Positions 35,177 to 44,381 of a DNA stretch of 64,000 nucleotides are shown in pieces (within the stretch, counting starts at the first letter, position 1; every line of letters starts with the position of its first letter). The notes below the pieces were generated by a model. That model did no database searches, was not told where the DNA came from, and saw only the letters and a list, made by a program, of their open reading frames with translations. The DNA is taken from contig CAVSLC010000004.1 in assembly GCA_963728565.1 (NCBI GenBank), positions 32,250 through 96,249 on the forward strand, given 5' to 3'. The translations under genes were made by a program, and so were the position numbers. Source of the DNA: an uncultured delta proteobacterium (GTDB lineage Bacteria; Desulfobacterota; Binatia; UBA9968).

Positions 35177-36496
35177 ATGATCGTCGAAAATCTTTTTTTT
35201 GAAGCAGCCGTCATTTTTCTTTTAATTCTGGCCAACGGATTCTTCGCTGCTTCGGAAATCGCCATGATCGCAATCCGCAAAAGCCGGATCGATACAATGA
35301 TCGAAAAGGGGGTCAAACGCGCTTTAATTATCGGCCGCCTCAAGAAAGATCCAGACCGATTTTTGGCCACGGTACAGATCGGGGTTACGATTGTCAGCTC
35401 GCTGGCCTCGGCCCTCGGCGGGGCTGCGGCGATCTCATTTGTTAAACCGGCTATTGAAGCGGCGGCGATTCCGGCCCTCGCCCCTTGGGCCGACGTGATC
35501 GCCATCGCAGTGGTAGTTATCCCGATCTCCTACCTTTCGCTGGTATTCGGCGAATTGGTGCCCAAATCGCTCGCGCTTCGCTTCTCTGAGCAGATCGCAT
35601 GCATGGCTGCCCGCCCGATCGATCTTTTGTCGCGCCTTAGCTCATTTCTTGTAAAATTTCTGACCGGGTCCAGCAATGCGGTGCTTCGGTTGTTCGGCGG
35701 CTCCGAAGTCGAAGGCGCGAGTTTCATCAGCGTTGAGGAGGTGAAATCTCTCATTCGTGAAGGAGCGGCGAAAGGTATCTTCAACGAAACTGAGAAAGAG
35801 CTGATCCATGGTGTGTTTGAGCTGGCCGACACGCCAGTGAAAGCCGTCATGGTGCCGCGCACTGAAATTCACGCGCTCGAGATTCACTCCACCCCCAGCG
35901 AAGCCGCCGCGAGTTTCATCGAAAGCGGCTTCTCGCGCATCCCTATCTATGACGGCGAGCTGGATCATGTGGTCGGGGTTCTTTATAACAAAGATTTCTT
36001 TAAGACTCTGCAACAAAAAACCGAGTTTCGGATAAAAGATCACCTGCACCCGGCATTTTTCGTCCCCAGCACGTTGCCCATAAGCGAGCTGCTCAAGCAG
36101 TTGCAACGGCGCCGACTTGCGATGGCGATGGTGGTCAACGAATTCGGCGAGGTCGAGGGATTGGCGACTCTTGAAGACCTGCTGGAGGAGATCGTCGGCG
36201 AAATCCGCGACGAGTATGATCGCGAAGAGCGCGGCCCGGTGGACCGGTTGCCTGACGGCTCGATGGTGATCCAGGGCTCGGCGCTGCTGAAGGATCTGAA
36301 AGCGGACTTCGACCTGCCGTTCGAGGAGTCACCCGATTATCATACGCTTGCCGGGTTCCTGCTAGCCAGACTAAAACGCATTCCCCGGGGCGGTGAATGG
36401 GTCGAAGAAAATGGTTACAAGCTCACTATCGTCGATATGGAAGGAAGGCGCATCGTCAAGATAAAACTGGAGCAAAATCCGCACAAGCAACTTTGA
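35177..36496 (+). CDS. HlyC/CorC (CNNM) family transporter: DUF21 + CBS pair + CorC_HlyC domain
   Basis: N-terminal LILANGFFAASEIAMIA (DUF21), a CBS pair region, and a C-terminal transporter-associated domain. The true start is the ATG at 35177 behind GGAGGAG. The track's 109-codon upstream extension is not protein-like. Confidence 0.85.
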   Translation: MIVENLFFEAAVIFLLILANGFFAASEIAMIAIRKSRIDTMIEKGVKRALIIGRLKKDPDRFLATVQIGVTIVSSLASALGGAAAISFVKPAIEAAAIPALAPWADVIAIAVVVIPISYLSLVFGELVPKSLALRFSEQIACMAARPIDLLSRLSSFLVKFLTGSSNAVLRLFGGSEVEGASFISVEEVKSLIREGAAKGIFNETEKELIHGVFELADTPVKAVMVPRTEIHALEIHSTPSEAAASFIESGFSRIPIYDGELDHVVGVLYNKDFFKTLQQKTEFRIKDHLHPAFFVPSTLPISELLKQLQRRRLAMAMVVNEFGEVEGLATLEDLLEEIVGEIRDEYDREERGPVDRLPDGSMVIQGSALLKDLKADFDLPFEESPDYHTLAGFLLARLKRIPRGGEWVEENGYKLTIVDMEGRRIVKIKLEQNPHKQL

Positions 36497-36502
36497 AACT
36501 GG

Positions 36503-36916
36503 TTAGTAGCAACGGATTTCTATCTCGTTGCCGTCGGGATCGAGGAAGTAGACGGATGTCGCTCTGCCACGGGCGCCCCAGCGCGATACCGGCCCTTCTC
36601 TGATAATGATTCTGTTATCTTTCAAGTAGTCGATAATTCCGGCGAAATCCTCTTTGCTGGTGACCATGCAAAAATGATTCAGATTGCCCGCTGGTTTTCC
36701 GTCACTCGGCCTACTCTGCCGTCCCTGAACTGGAAACAAATCGATGATGGTGTCGGCATTGATGCGCACGGACGGAAAGCCGGCCTTGCCGGTTCGGAAT
36801 TCGTCGATACGTTCCGCTTTCAAGCCCATCACACCGGTGTAGAATTGCAGAGAGCGTTCGATATCACCGACGTTCAGCACGATATGGTCGAGCTCGCTAA
36901 TTTTAAACCCGCTCAT
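36503..36916 (-). CDS. VOC / glyoxalase-bleomycin resistance-dioxygenase family protein
   Basis: 137 aa. LDHIVLNVGDIERSLQFYTGVMGL is typical of VOC. Its start overlaps the upstream hisC-like stop by 4 nt. Confidence 0.75.
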   Translation of the reverse strand: MSGFKISELDHIVLNVGDIERSLQFYTGVMGLKAERIDEFRTGKAGFPSVRINADTIIDLFPVQGRQSRPSDGKPAGNLNHFCMVTSKEDFAGIIDYLKDNRIIIREGPVSRWGARGRATSVYFLDPDGNEIEIRCY

Positions 36917-38007
36917 AATTTGCCTCCTCCGCTTCGTAACGGATTAACCGAATCCTTCTGAATCGCTGCGATCTCGTGCAACAACATTTCGACATCTTCG
37001 GGAGTGCCGACAGTGATGCGCAAGCTGTCTCGCAGTTCCGGTGTATCAAAATAGCGCACGTAAATCTTTCTTTCCCGTAACGCCTGGTAAAGCGCTTTTT
37101 GCTCCTGCCCTTTCCTTTGCGCCATTACAAAATTGGCCTGCGAAGGGTAGACATAAAAACCCAGCTTGACCAATCCGTCGACCAGTTGGCGCCGGGTTTG
37201 CTGGATACGGCGAACATTCTGCTGCATCCAGGGAAGATCCTGCAATGCAGCCGTCGCGGCAACCAGGCTCAGCCGATTTAGATTGTAACTGTCTTTGACC
37301 TTCATCATACCGGCAATCAATTCGGCGGGGGCAAAAGCGAGACCGATACGCAGACCCGCGAGAGAAAAGGATTTCGAGAAAGTCCGCAGCACGATCAGAT
37401 TGGGAATGCTCTGAATCAAACAAATAGCCGATGACCCAGGGTCTTCAGCGAAATCGATGTAAGCCTCGTCGACAACGAGAACTCCGAACACGGCCTGAGC
37501 TAGCCTCTCGATTTCGCTCAAGCTTACCAATGTTCCCGACGGCGAGTTGGGATTACACAAAAAAGTGACGGCGGCATTCGCCAAGTGTAACTCCGGCGGA
37601 ATTGAGAAATCGGCAGGAAAATTCTCGCACACCAGCTCGCCATCTTGAACCTTCACCAAAGTCTCATAAAGCGAATACGTGGGCACTGGGAATGCGACTC
37701 GATCGCCGCGACCGACAAAACAACGCAAGATAATTGACAGGATTTCATCCGAGCCATTCCCGGCCAGAATATTCTCAACGCGGACACCATAAACTTCTGC
37801 TGCAATGTTGCGCAGAGAATCGCTGAGCGGTTCCGGATAGAGCCTGAGCGACTGGTTTGTCGCTTCACGTAATGCCGCGAGCACGCCTGGCGAGGGCGGG
37901 TAGGGGTTCTCGTTTGTGTTGAGCTTCGCAAGCTTTTCATCACCAGGTTGCTCGCCGGGAACATAGCCGGCCATCGATGCAATGTTGGAGCGAAAATAAC
38001 GTGACAT
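36913..38007 (-). CDS. hisC: histidinol-phosphate aminotransferase (class II aminotransferase)
   Basis: LNTNENPYPPSP, and the PLP-lysine context TFSKSFSLAGLRIGLAFA. Start trimmed to the ATG at 38007 (MSRYFRSNI...). Confidence 0.8.
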   Translation of the reverse strand: MSRYFRSNIASMAGYVPGEQPGDEKLAKLNTNENPYPPSPGVLAALREATNQSLRLYPEPLSDSLRNIAAEVYGVRVENILAGNGSDEILSIILRCFVGRGDRVAFPVPTYSLYETLVKVQDGELVCENFPADFSIPPELHLANAAVTFLCNPNSPSGTLVSLSEIERLAQAVFGVLVVDEAYIDFAEDPGSSAICLIQSIPNLIVLRTFSKSFSLAGLRIGLAFAPAELIAGMMKVKDSYNLNRLSLVAATAALQDLPWMQQNVRRIQQTRRQLVDGLVKLGFYVYPSQANFVMAQRKGQEQKALYQALRERKIYVRYFDTPELRDSLRITVGTPEDVEMLLHEIAAIQKDSVNPLRSGGGKL

Positions 38008-38106
38008 GGTGCGGATTCTAGCTGTCGTCAAAACCCATTTCAAACCACAATTAATTAACTGTTCCGAGGTAAGCGCCATCGAACGGCTCTTAGCTTGGTC
38101 TAAAGG

Positions 38107-38135
38107 TTTTGTCCAAATTTAATCGATTTTGTCCA
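38107..38135 (+). promoter_or_regulatory. two exact 9-bp direct repeats TTTTGTCCA spaced 20 bp apart (candidate activator binding sites)
   Basis: TTTTGTCCA at 38107-38115 and 38127-38135, about 100 bp upstream of the sigma-54-like element. A second phased repeat, CACGATT x2, is at 38153-38159 and 38163-38169. Confidence 0.3.
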
Positions 38136-38224
38136 GGAATAGCTCCGTTGTGCACGATTTCACACGATTCTGCGTAACCGCTGTTTATAAGCTCCTGGAA
38201 ATTAAGCGATTTCGTTTTTGCTGA

Positions 38225-38240
38225 TGGCATGTTTTTGGCA
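38225..38240 (+). promoter_or_regulatory. candidate sigma-54 (-24/-12) promoter
   Basis: TGGCATGTTTTTGGCA versus consensus TGGCACG-N4-TTGCA. The GG and GC dinucleotides are at the correct 12-nt register, and I count 2 mismatches. It is oriented toward the coiled-coil / KaiC-like genes, about 205 nt upstream of the ATG at 38445. Confidence 0.4.
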
Positions 38241-38444
38241 CTAGGCCGGCAGGTTCGTGCTGCTGCGAGAGCGCGCCGTGCTTCCGAAAGTCTGCCGAGA
38301 TTTGCTCCGAGAAGTTTTCCTTAGGCAACAGTCACGGCCTTAATTGGGTGAGAATACGGAGGCATTCAGTGTTAACTCCGCCGCAGACGTTGATGGCGGT
38401 CGGACTAAGACGGCGAAGCGAATTCGGCAGCGTTGGAGGAAAGT

Positions 38445-39608
38445 ATGCACAATCGTAATCAGTGTGAGATTGATGAAGTGGCCGCCTTGCAACAAGCAAT
38501 TGGAGCTAAGGAATTGCTCTTGCGTGAGCGCGAGGCTGCGTTCGAAGCTCTGGAACAAAGGTTGAACTCGACGATCGAACAGCTGAGCGCGAACCTGAAT
38601 GAAAAACAAACTTTAATCGGTCAAAACGAGATCAAATCTCGACAAGCGAAAGCCGACATTAGTGAGATCGTCGAACAGAAGACCCGACTGGAAATGCTTC
38701 AAAAACAAACAGAACGATTGTTATCGGCTCAAGCCGAGCAGATCCGCGCCGGAGTTCGCGCTGAAATCCAATCTTTGGAGAGGCAGCTCATCGACAAGCA
38801 CTCGGAGCTTCAAAAGTGCCAGGCCTGCGCCATGGACCTGCGACATCGATTAGCGGAGATGCAGTTGCTCAGTGAAACACGAGCCGTTCAGATCGAGGAT
38901 CTTAAGGCAGAAACCGTTCGCCTTTCACTGGAAATTGACCGGCGCGAGCCGGTCAAGCTCGGAACCGCATCTGGCGGTGATCATGACTTCGGCCGCGGCC
39001 GAGAGCCCGAAGCTGCGTGCGGTGAGATTTCGGCCGCGCTCGACACAAGCAGCCACAATTCAGACAAAGCAGAAACATCGGCGTGGGATGAAATCACGAC
39101 CCTGCGCCACGACGCGGAAGAAAAGAATCTTCTTCTCGCCAGTCGCAATGAAGAACTGATGCGGGTGAAAGCAGAGATGGACCTTCTTCAAGGCGAGCTA
39201 GGCGAACTCAAATCGGGCATCAAGCGCATTCAGGAATCGGCCGAGACTGAAAGCGCAGAGATGCGCAGCGAGTTTCAAGCCCAAGTGGCTTTTCTACAGG
39301 CGGAGCTGAGCCAAAGGGACTGGACGCTCCAAGAACGTGAAGCAGCGCAGAAAGTTCTTGAGCAAGGACTTCGCGCGAAGATCGGCCAATTGGAAGTTCA
39401 GCTCGAGCAGGTAAAAACTTCTACTGAAGGTCCAGCTCAGGAATTCGTTCTCGGTGTTAACTGGGAGTCAGAAGCGCGGTTGGATGATACCTGGAAGCTG
39501 CAAGAACGGCTTGACGGCAACGGCGCGGAAGTCGCGCAAACGTCCTCCAACCAATCTGGCAAGTGGCGCAACTGCGGTCCGTGGAAAAGACGCTGGCGAT
39601 CGCGATAA
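38445..39608 (+). CDS. long coiled-coil protein of unknown function
   Basis: 387 aa, dominated by E/Q/L/R/K heptad-like sequence in two blocks separated by a G/S/D-rich linker, with a W/R-rich C-terminal tail. GGAGGA lies just upstream of the ATG at 38445. Confidence 0.6.
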   Translation: MHNRNQCEIDEVAALQQAIGAKELLLREREAAFEALEQRLNSTIEQLSANLNEKQTLIGQNEIKSRQAKADISEIVEQKTRLEMLQKQTERLLSAQAEQIRAGVRAEIQSLERQLIDKHSELQKCQACAMDLRHRLAEMQLLSETRAVQIEDLKAETVRLSLEIDRREPVKLGTASGGDHDFGRGREPEAACGEISAALDTSSHNSDKAETSAWDEITTLRHDAEEKNLLLASRNEELMRVKAEMDLLQGELGELKSGIKRIQESAETESAEMRSEFQAQVAFLQAELSQRDWTLQEREAAQKVLEQGLRAKIGQLEVQLEQVKTSTEGPAQEFVLGVNWESEARLDDTWKLQERLDGNGAEVAQTSSNQSGKWRNCGPWKRRWRSR

Positions 39609-39660
39609 GCGGCGCGCAACCTGCCTTAATCCGATAGATTTTACCTCTGGAAGGACAACC

Positions 39661-40383
39661 ATGATAAAGACCGAACGAGTGACAACCGGGATTACAGGAT
39701 TGGATCAACTTCTTGAAGGTGGTTTTCCCAAGGGCCGTTCTGTTCTCGTTACCGGCGAACCTGGAACCGGGAAGACGATCTTCGCGCTACAATTCCTGGT
39801 GGAAGGCCTGAGGCGTGGGGAAAAGGGCATCTACGTCGCGGCTGATGAAGGTCCGACGGACATCATAGAACAGGCCGCCTCACTGGGATGGGATCTAGAG
39901 AAATACATTGAGGCGAAGGAGCTGGCGATCCTCAACGCTGGAACTTATCTGAGCTCCTCATCCGCCGCAGGAAAAGAGCGGCAGATCGATATCCATAAAG
40001 CGATCGGTGATCTTGCCGGGTTCGTTAACCGCTTAGGAGCAAAACGGCTGGTGCTGGATCCGGCTGGACCGTTTGTTCTGCTGCGCGACACAACAACTCG
40101 CATCCAGGATCAGACCCGCCTGCTGATCAAGCTACTGCGAACTTCGATGCAGACAACCAATATTCTCACCTCTTACGGCGTGCCACGAACCGGCGAACGG
40201 ACACTGCATGGAATCGAGGAATACCTCGTCGCCGGCGCGATTGTCCTGGAGATCGTCTGGAGGGACGGTAAGTTGGGTCGGAGCATGGTGATCGAAAAGA
40301 TGCGCTGCACCGACGTCAAGCCGGCGCAGCACACATTTGACATTAGCAAAGGTCAGGGGTTCGTCCTCGATCCTCTGCCCTAA
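39661..40383 (+). CDS. single-domain KaiC-like / RecA-superfamily ATPase (COG0467-like)
   Basis: 240 aa: TGITGLDQLLEGGFPKGRSVLVTGEPGTGKTIFALQFLVEG (Walker A), YVAADE, RLVLDP, EKMRC. The track's 69-codon N-terminal extension overlaps the previous gene and is not protein-like. Confidence 0.75.
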   Translation: MIKTERVTTGITGLDQLLEGGFPKGRSVLVTGEPGTGKTIFALQFLVEGLRRGEKGIYVAADEGPTDIIEQAASLGWDLEKYIEAKELAILNAGTYLSSSSAAGKERQIDIHKAIGDLAGFVNRLGAKRLVLDPAGPFVLLRDTTTRIQDQTRLLIKLLRTSMQTTNILTSYGVPRTGERTLHGIEEYLVAGAIVLEIVWRDGKLGRSMVIEKMRCTDVKPAQHTFDISKGQGFVLDPLP

Positions 40384-40407
40384 CGCATCGCGCAGGTGAC
40401 AATCACA

Positions 40408-41196
40408 ATGAATCCCCAGCGTGTTTCCACCGGTGTATCCGGCTTAGATTCGCAGCTGATTGGCGGGTTCATCAAAGGCCGTTCCTATATTGTCCTCGGC
40501 GACGCTGGAACGGGTAAAACCACGGCCTGCCTGCAGTTCCTTCTTAGCGGTCTCAAGCAGGGGGAGAAGGGACTTTACATCACCGTCGATGAACGACCTG
40601 CGGAAATCATCGAGTCCGCGGCATCTCTGGGATGGGATTTTGAATCCTACACTCGAGATAAAAGCCTGGTGATGCTCGATGCCTCGCCTTACTTCAGCGG
40701 GCGAGCCAGCGCCGCACAGGACAAGGGCGTGGATCTGCAGAAGATAGTTTCGGATCTCGCCGGGTATGCCAAAAGAATCGATGCCAATCGTCTTGTTATC
40801 GACTCGGTCACACCGTTGATTTTTTCGGACTCGCCGAGCCGAGTTCAGGATCAGGCTCGTTCCTTCATTCACCTCGTGCATTCGCAATTGAGTACCACCA
40901 ACCTATTTAGTGCCCAGCACTCTAGCCGGGCCCCCGATCCTAGTTTCGGGATAGAGGAATTCCTAGTTTCCGGCGTCCTGCATCTGAAAACAATTCCGGT
41001 TGATAGCGGATTTGCTCGCAAGCTCACGATAAAAAAAATGCGCGGCACGCCGATCCAGCCCAGCGAGTACTGGTTTGCAATCATCGCGGGCGAAGGCATT
41101 GTTTTGACTGAAGAAGGCGAGCGGCCCGCGGCGGCGCAGGAATCGGGCGACACAACATTGCTGGAATACTTCGAGCCTCTCGCCAGATCAAAGTAA
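40408..41196 (+). CDS. single-domain KaiC-like / RecA-superfamily ATPase, paralog of 39661..40383
   Basis: 262 aa: TGVSGLDSQLIGGFIKGRSYIVLGDAGTGKTTACLQFLLSG, YITVDE, RLVIDS, KKMRG. A GTG at 40396 is an alternative start. Confidence 0.75.
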   Translation: MNPQRVSTGVSGLDSQLIGGFIKGRSYIVLGDAGTGKTTACLQFLLSGLKQGEKGLYITVDERPAEIIESAASLGWDFESYTRDKSLVMLDASPYFSGRASAAQDKGVDLQKIVSDLAGYAKRIDANRLVIDSVTPLIFSDSPSRVQDQARSFIHLVHSQLSTTNLFSAQHSSRAPDPSFGIEEFLVSGVLHLKTIPVDSGFARKLTIKKMRGTPIQPSEYWFAIIAGEGIVLTEEGERPAAAQESGDTTLLEYFEPLARSK

Positions 41197-41369
41197 CCGG
41201 CTTTTTCAGATCCGCCTGGGGCGCTGGTTTTCATTTCTCTTCTCCTACACCGGCCTAAAACATCGCCGTAGCAGCTCCAACCCGTCCAGAGCAAGATCGC
41301 GGCGCCGGTCGTTTTTCTTGACACCCTCCTAAGTGATGATTAGCTTTTGGGGGTCTAAAGGAGAAATAA

Positions 41370-44003
41370 ATGCGACTGGATAAATTAACCACAAAATCCC
41401 AGGAAGCTTTGCAACACGCTCAAGCGTTGGCTGAAAAGCGTAACCATCAGGCTATCGATGTCGAGCACTTGCTGTTTGCTTTACTGGGGCAGAAAGAGGG
41501 CGTAGTTCTCTCTTTGCTGCAAAAGCTATCCGTACCACTGAATACATTGACCGAGCGACTGCAAAAGGCTCTCGATCGCCTGCCGCAAGTCACCGGCAGC
41601 GCTACCCAGACTTATATCACTCCGCGGCTTAAGAAAGTCATCGAAAGCGGTGAAAGCGAAGCTGAGGCGCTCAAAGACGAGTATGTGTCGACCGAGCACC
41701 TGTTGCTGGCGATGATTCAAGATTCGGGTGAAGCCGGAAAAATTCTTAAGGAGCTCGGCGCCACCCGCGAGAACATTCTAAATGGCCTGGTCGGTATTCG
41801 CGGCGGCCAGAGAATTACCGACCAAAATCCGGAAGAAAAATACCAAGCCTTGGAGAAGTACAGCCGCGACCTTACGGACCTGGCGCGCAAGGGCAAGTTG
41901 GATCCGGTAATTGGCCGGGACGACGAAATTCGCCGCGTCGTCCAGGTGCTTTCCAGGCGTACGAAAAATAATCCTGTGTTGATCGGAGAGCCGGGAGTCG
42001 GCAAGACTGCCATCGTTGAAGGTCTGGCCTTGCGCATCGTCAACGGCGATGTGCCCGAAGGACTGAAAGATAAGCGCCTGGTCGCCCTGGACTTGGGCGC
42101 GCTGGTCGCTGGAGCGAAGTACCGCGGCGAATTCGAGGACCGTCTCAAAGCGCTTCTCAAAGAAGTGACCGACGCTGCCGGTAGAATCATTCTGTTCATC
42201 GACGAGCTTCATACCTTGGTGGGCGCGGGCGCGGCCGAGGGGGCGATGGACGCGTCGAACATGCTTAAGCCAGCCCTGGCGCGCGGCGAGCTCCGCTGCG
42301 TCGGCGCGACAACCTTGGATGAGTACCGCAAGCGGATCGAGAAGGATCCCGCTTTGGAGCGGCGCTTCCAACCGGTGTTCGTCGGCGAGCCTTCCTTGGA
42401 ACATACCATTGCGATCTTGCGCGGCCTCAAAGAGCGATACGAAGTCCATCATGGCGTGCGCATCACCGACGGCGCGATCATCGCTGCCGCGACGTTATCG
42501 CACCGGTACATCAGCGACCGCTTCTTGCCTGACAAAGCAATCGATTTGATCGATGAATCAGCCTCTCGACTACGCATCGAGATTGACAGCATGCCGGTTG
42601 AAATCGATGAAGTAGAGCGCAAGATTCTCCAGCTCGAGATCGAAAAGCAGGCGCTCAAACGCGAAGAGGACAAGGCTTCTAAAGAGCGACTGATGCAGCT
42701 CGAGCGCGAGATCCAAAATCTTAAGGAAACTTCCAACGGCCTCAAAGCGCACTGGAACAACGAGAAGGAGTCGATCCAACGGATTCGATCGCTCAAGGAA
42801 AAGCTCGAAGCGACCAAGGTCGAGGAGCAGAAAGCGCAACGCGAAGGTGATTTGAATCGGGCTGCAGAACTTCGCTACGGCACGCTCACCCAGCTCCAGA
42901 AGGAATTGGAACAAGCCAATCTGCAACTAGCTGAGCTGCAAAAAGATCAGAAGATGCTCAAGGAGGAAGTCGACGCCGAGGACGTTGCCGAGGTGGTCGC
43001 CAAGTGGACGGGTATCCCGGTTTCAAAGATGCTCGAGGGAGATATCCAGAAACTTCTCAAAATGGAAGATCGTCTCAAGGCCAGAGTAGTTGGCCAGCCC
43101 GATGCAATTCACGCGGTGGCTAATGCGGTGCGCCGTGCCCGCGCCGGTCTGCAGGACGAGAACCGCCCCATCGGTTCGTTCATCTTCTTGGGACCTACCG
43201 GCGTCGGCAAAACCGAGCTGTGCCGGGCACTGGCGGAATTCTTGTTCGATGACGAACAGGCGATGGTGCGTTTGGATATGTCCGAGTTTATGGAGAAGCA
43301 CTCGGTCTCTCGTCTGATCGGCGCTCCTCCAGGCTACGTCGGGTATGAAGAGGGCGGATATCTTACCGAGGCGGTGCGCCGCCGGCCCTATTCAGTCGTG
43401 CTCTTCGATGAGATCGAAAAGGCGCATCCGGATGTCTTCAATGCGTTGCTGCAGATTTTAGAGGACGGCCGCATGACCGACGGGCAGGGAAGAACGGTTG
43501 ATTTCAAGAATACCGTGATCATCATGACGTCGAACTTGGGCAGCCAGTATATCCAAGATTTGGCGGACGGAAACCGGAAAGAAATGGAAGCGCGAGTCAC
43601 CGCGGCTTTGCGTGACGCGTTCAAACCGGAATTTCTCAACCGAATCGACGAGATCATTATCTTCAACAGCCTCGGGCGCGAGGAGATCAAGTCCATCGTC
43701 GAGATCCAGCTCAAACGCTTGCGCCAAAACTTGGCCAACAGGAAAATGGCGCTGGAGATTAGCGATGAGGCCAAGGATTTGCTCGCCGAAAAGGGATACG
43801 ATCCGGTTTATGGGGCGCGGCCGCTGAAGCGGACGATCCAGCGGTTGATTCAAGATCCCTTGGCGGTGAAGATTTTGGAAGGAGAATTTCAGGAAGGCGA
43901 CAAAGTCAGGATCGATGCTGACGGAGACGCCCTGCTCTTCGAACACGGCGGCTCAAGCACGACTGAAGAGAGCGTGGCCGAAGCCGAGAGGACACTGCAT
44001 TGA
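41370..44003 (+). CDS. clpB: ATP-dependent chaperone / disaggregase ClpB
   Basis: 877 aa. Clp_N repeats, two AAA+ modules (GEPGVGKT and GPTGVGKT) and a long middle coiled-coil domain. Confidence 0.97.
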   Translation: MRLDKLTTKSQEALQHAQALAEKRNHQAIDVEHLLFALLGQKEGVVLSLLQKLSVPLNTLTERLQKALDRLPQVTGSATQTYITPRLKKVIESGESEAEALKDEYVSTEHLLLAMIQDSGEAGKILKELGATRENILNGLVGIRGGQRITDQNPEEKYQALEKYSRDLTDLARKGKLDPVIGRDDEIRRVVQVLSRRTKNNPVLIGEPGVGKTAIVEGLALRIVNGDVPEGLKDKRLVALDLGALVAGAKYRGEFEDRLKALLKEVTDAAGRIILFIDELHTLVGAGAAEGAMDASNMLKPALARGELRCVGATTLDEYRKRIEKDPALERRFQPVFVGEPSLEHTIAILRGLKERYEVHHGVRITDGAIIAAATLSHRYISDRFLPDKAIDLIDESASRLRIEIDSMPVEIDEVERKILQLEIEKQALKREEDKASKERLMQLEREIQNLKETSNGLKAHWNNEKESIQRIRSLKEKLEATKVEEQKAQREGDLNRAAELRYGTLTQLQKELEQANLQLAELQKDQKMLKEEVDAEDVAEVVAKWTGIPVSKMLEGDIQKLLKMEDRLKARVVGQPDAIHAVANAVRRARAGLQDENRPIGSFIFLGPTGVGKTELCRALAEFLFDDEQAMVRLDMSEFMEKHSVSRLIGAPPGYVGYEEGGYLTEAVRRRPYSVVLFDEIEKAHPDVFNALLQILEDGRMTDGQGRTVDFKNTVIIMTSNLGSQYIQDLADGNRKEMEARVTAALRDAFKPEFLNRIDEIIIFNSLGREEIKSIVEIQLKRLRQNLANRKMALEISDEAKDLLAEKGYDPVYGARPLKRTIQRLIQDPLAVKILEGEFQEGDKVRIDADGDALLFEHGGSSTTEESVAEAERTLH

Positions 44004-44200
44004 AGAGCGCCACAAAAAAAGCTCCGCCAAAGAAGATCCCGCCGGGGCTAGCACGGCTTCGCAAAGAAGTTCCTCCGCCAAGCAGAATCTTCGGCAGCAA
44101 AAAGATCGTTCAGCGGCAGCGTCGCAAAGCGGAACTTCGGCAGGAACTAAAAGCAAGCCTACCGAGCAGATCTTCTTAACGCATCCGTCGCATTTTTCCT

Positions 44201-44238
44201 GAGAGGCAGTCCAACCGGACTGCCTCTCTTTTTGTTTT
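44201..44238 (+). terminator. rho-independent terminator
   Basis: Perfect 12-bp stem GAGAGGCAGTCC / GGACTGCCTCTC, 4-nt loop AACC, followed by TTTTTGTTTT. It lies 198 nt after the clpB stop. Confidence 0.8.
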
Positions 44239-44381
44239 CCATCACTGCTGAAAAGCCGCGTGCTTTGTTGCGCCGGTGGGATTGTGTGCGGATACCGCGG
44301 GTGTGCGTCTCAGATCCGATTTGCTGCCTTCTTGAGTTTTGGGCGGTTGGCAATCAGACTTTCATCAGGGGTGATTAATGC

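Noticed and set aside
43915-44202. 95-aa ORF overlapping the clpB 3' end.
   Set aside because: It starts inside clpB in another frame, is Ser/Ala/Lys-rich, and has no RBS. The alternative 59-codon basic frame is reported separately as a low-confidence finding.
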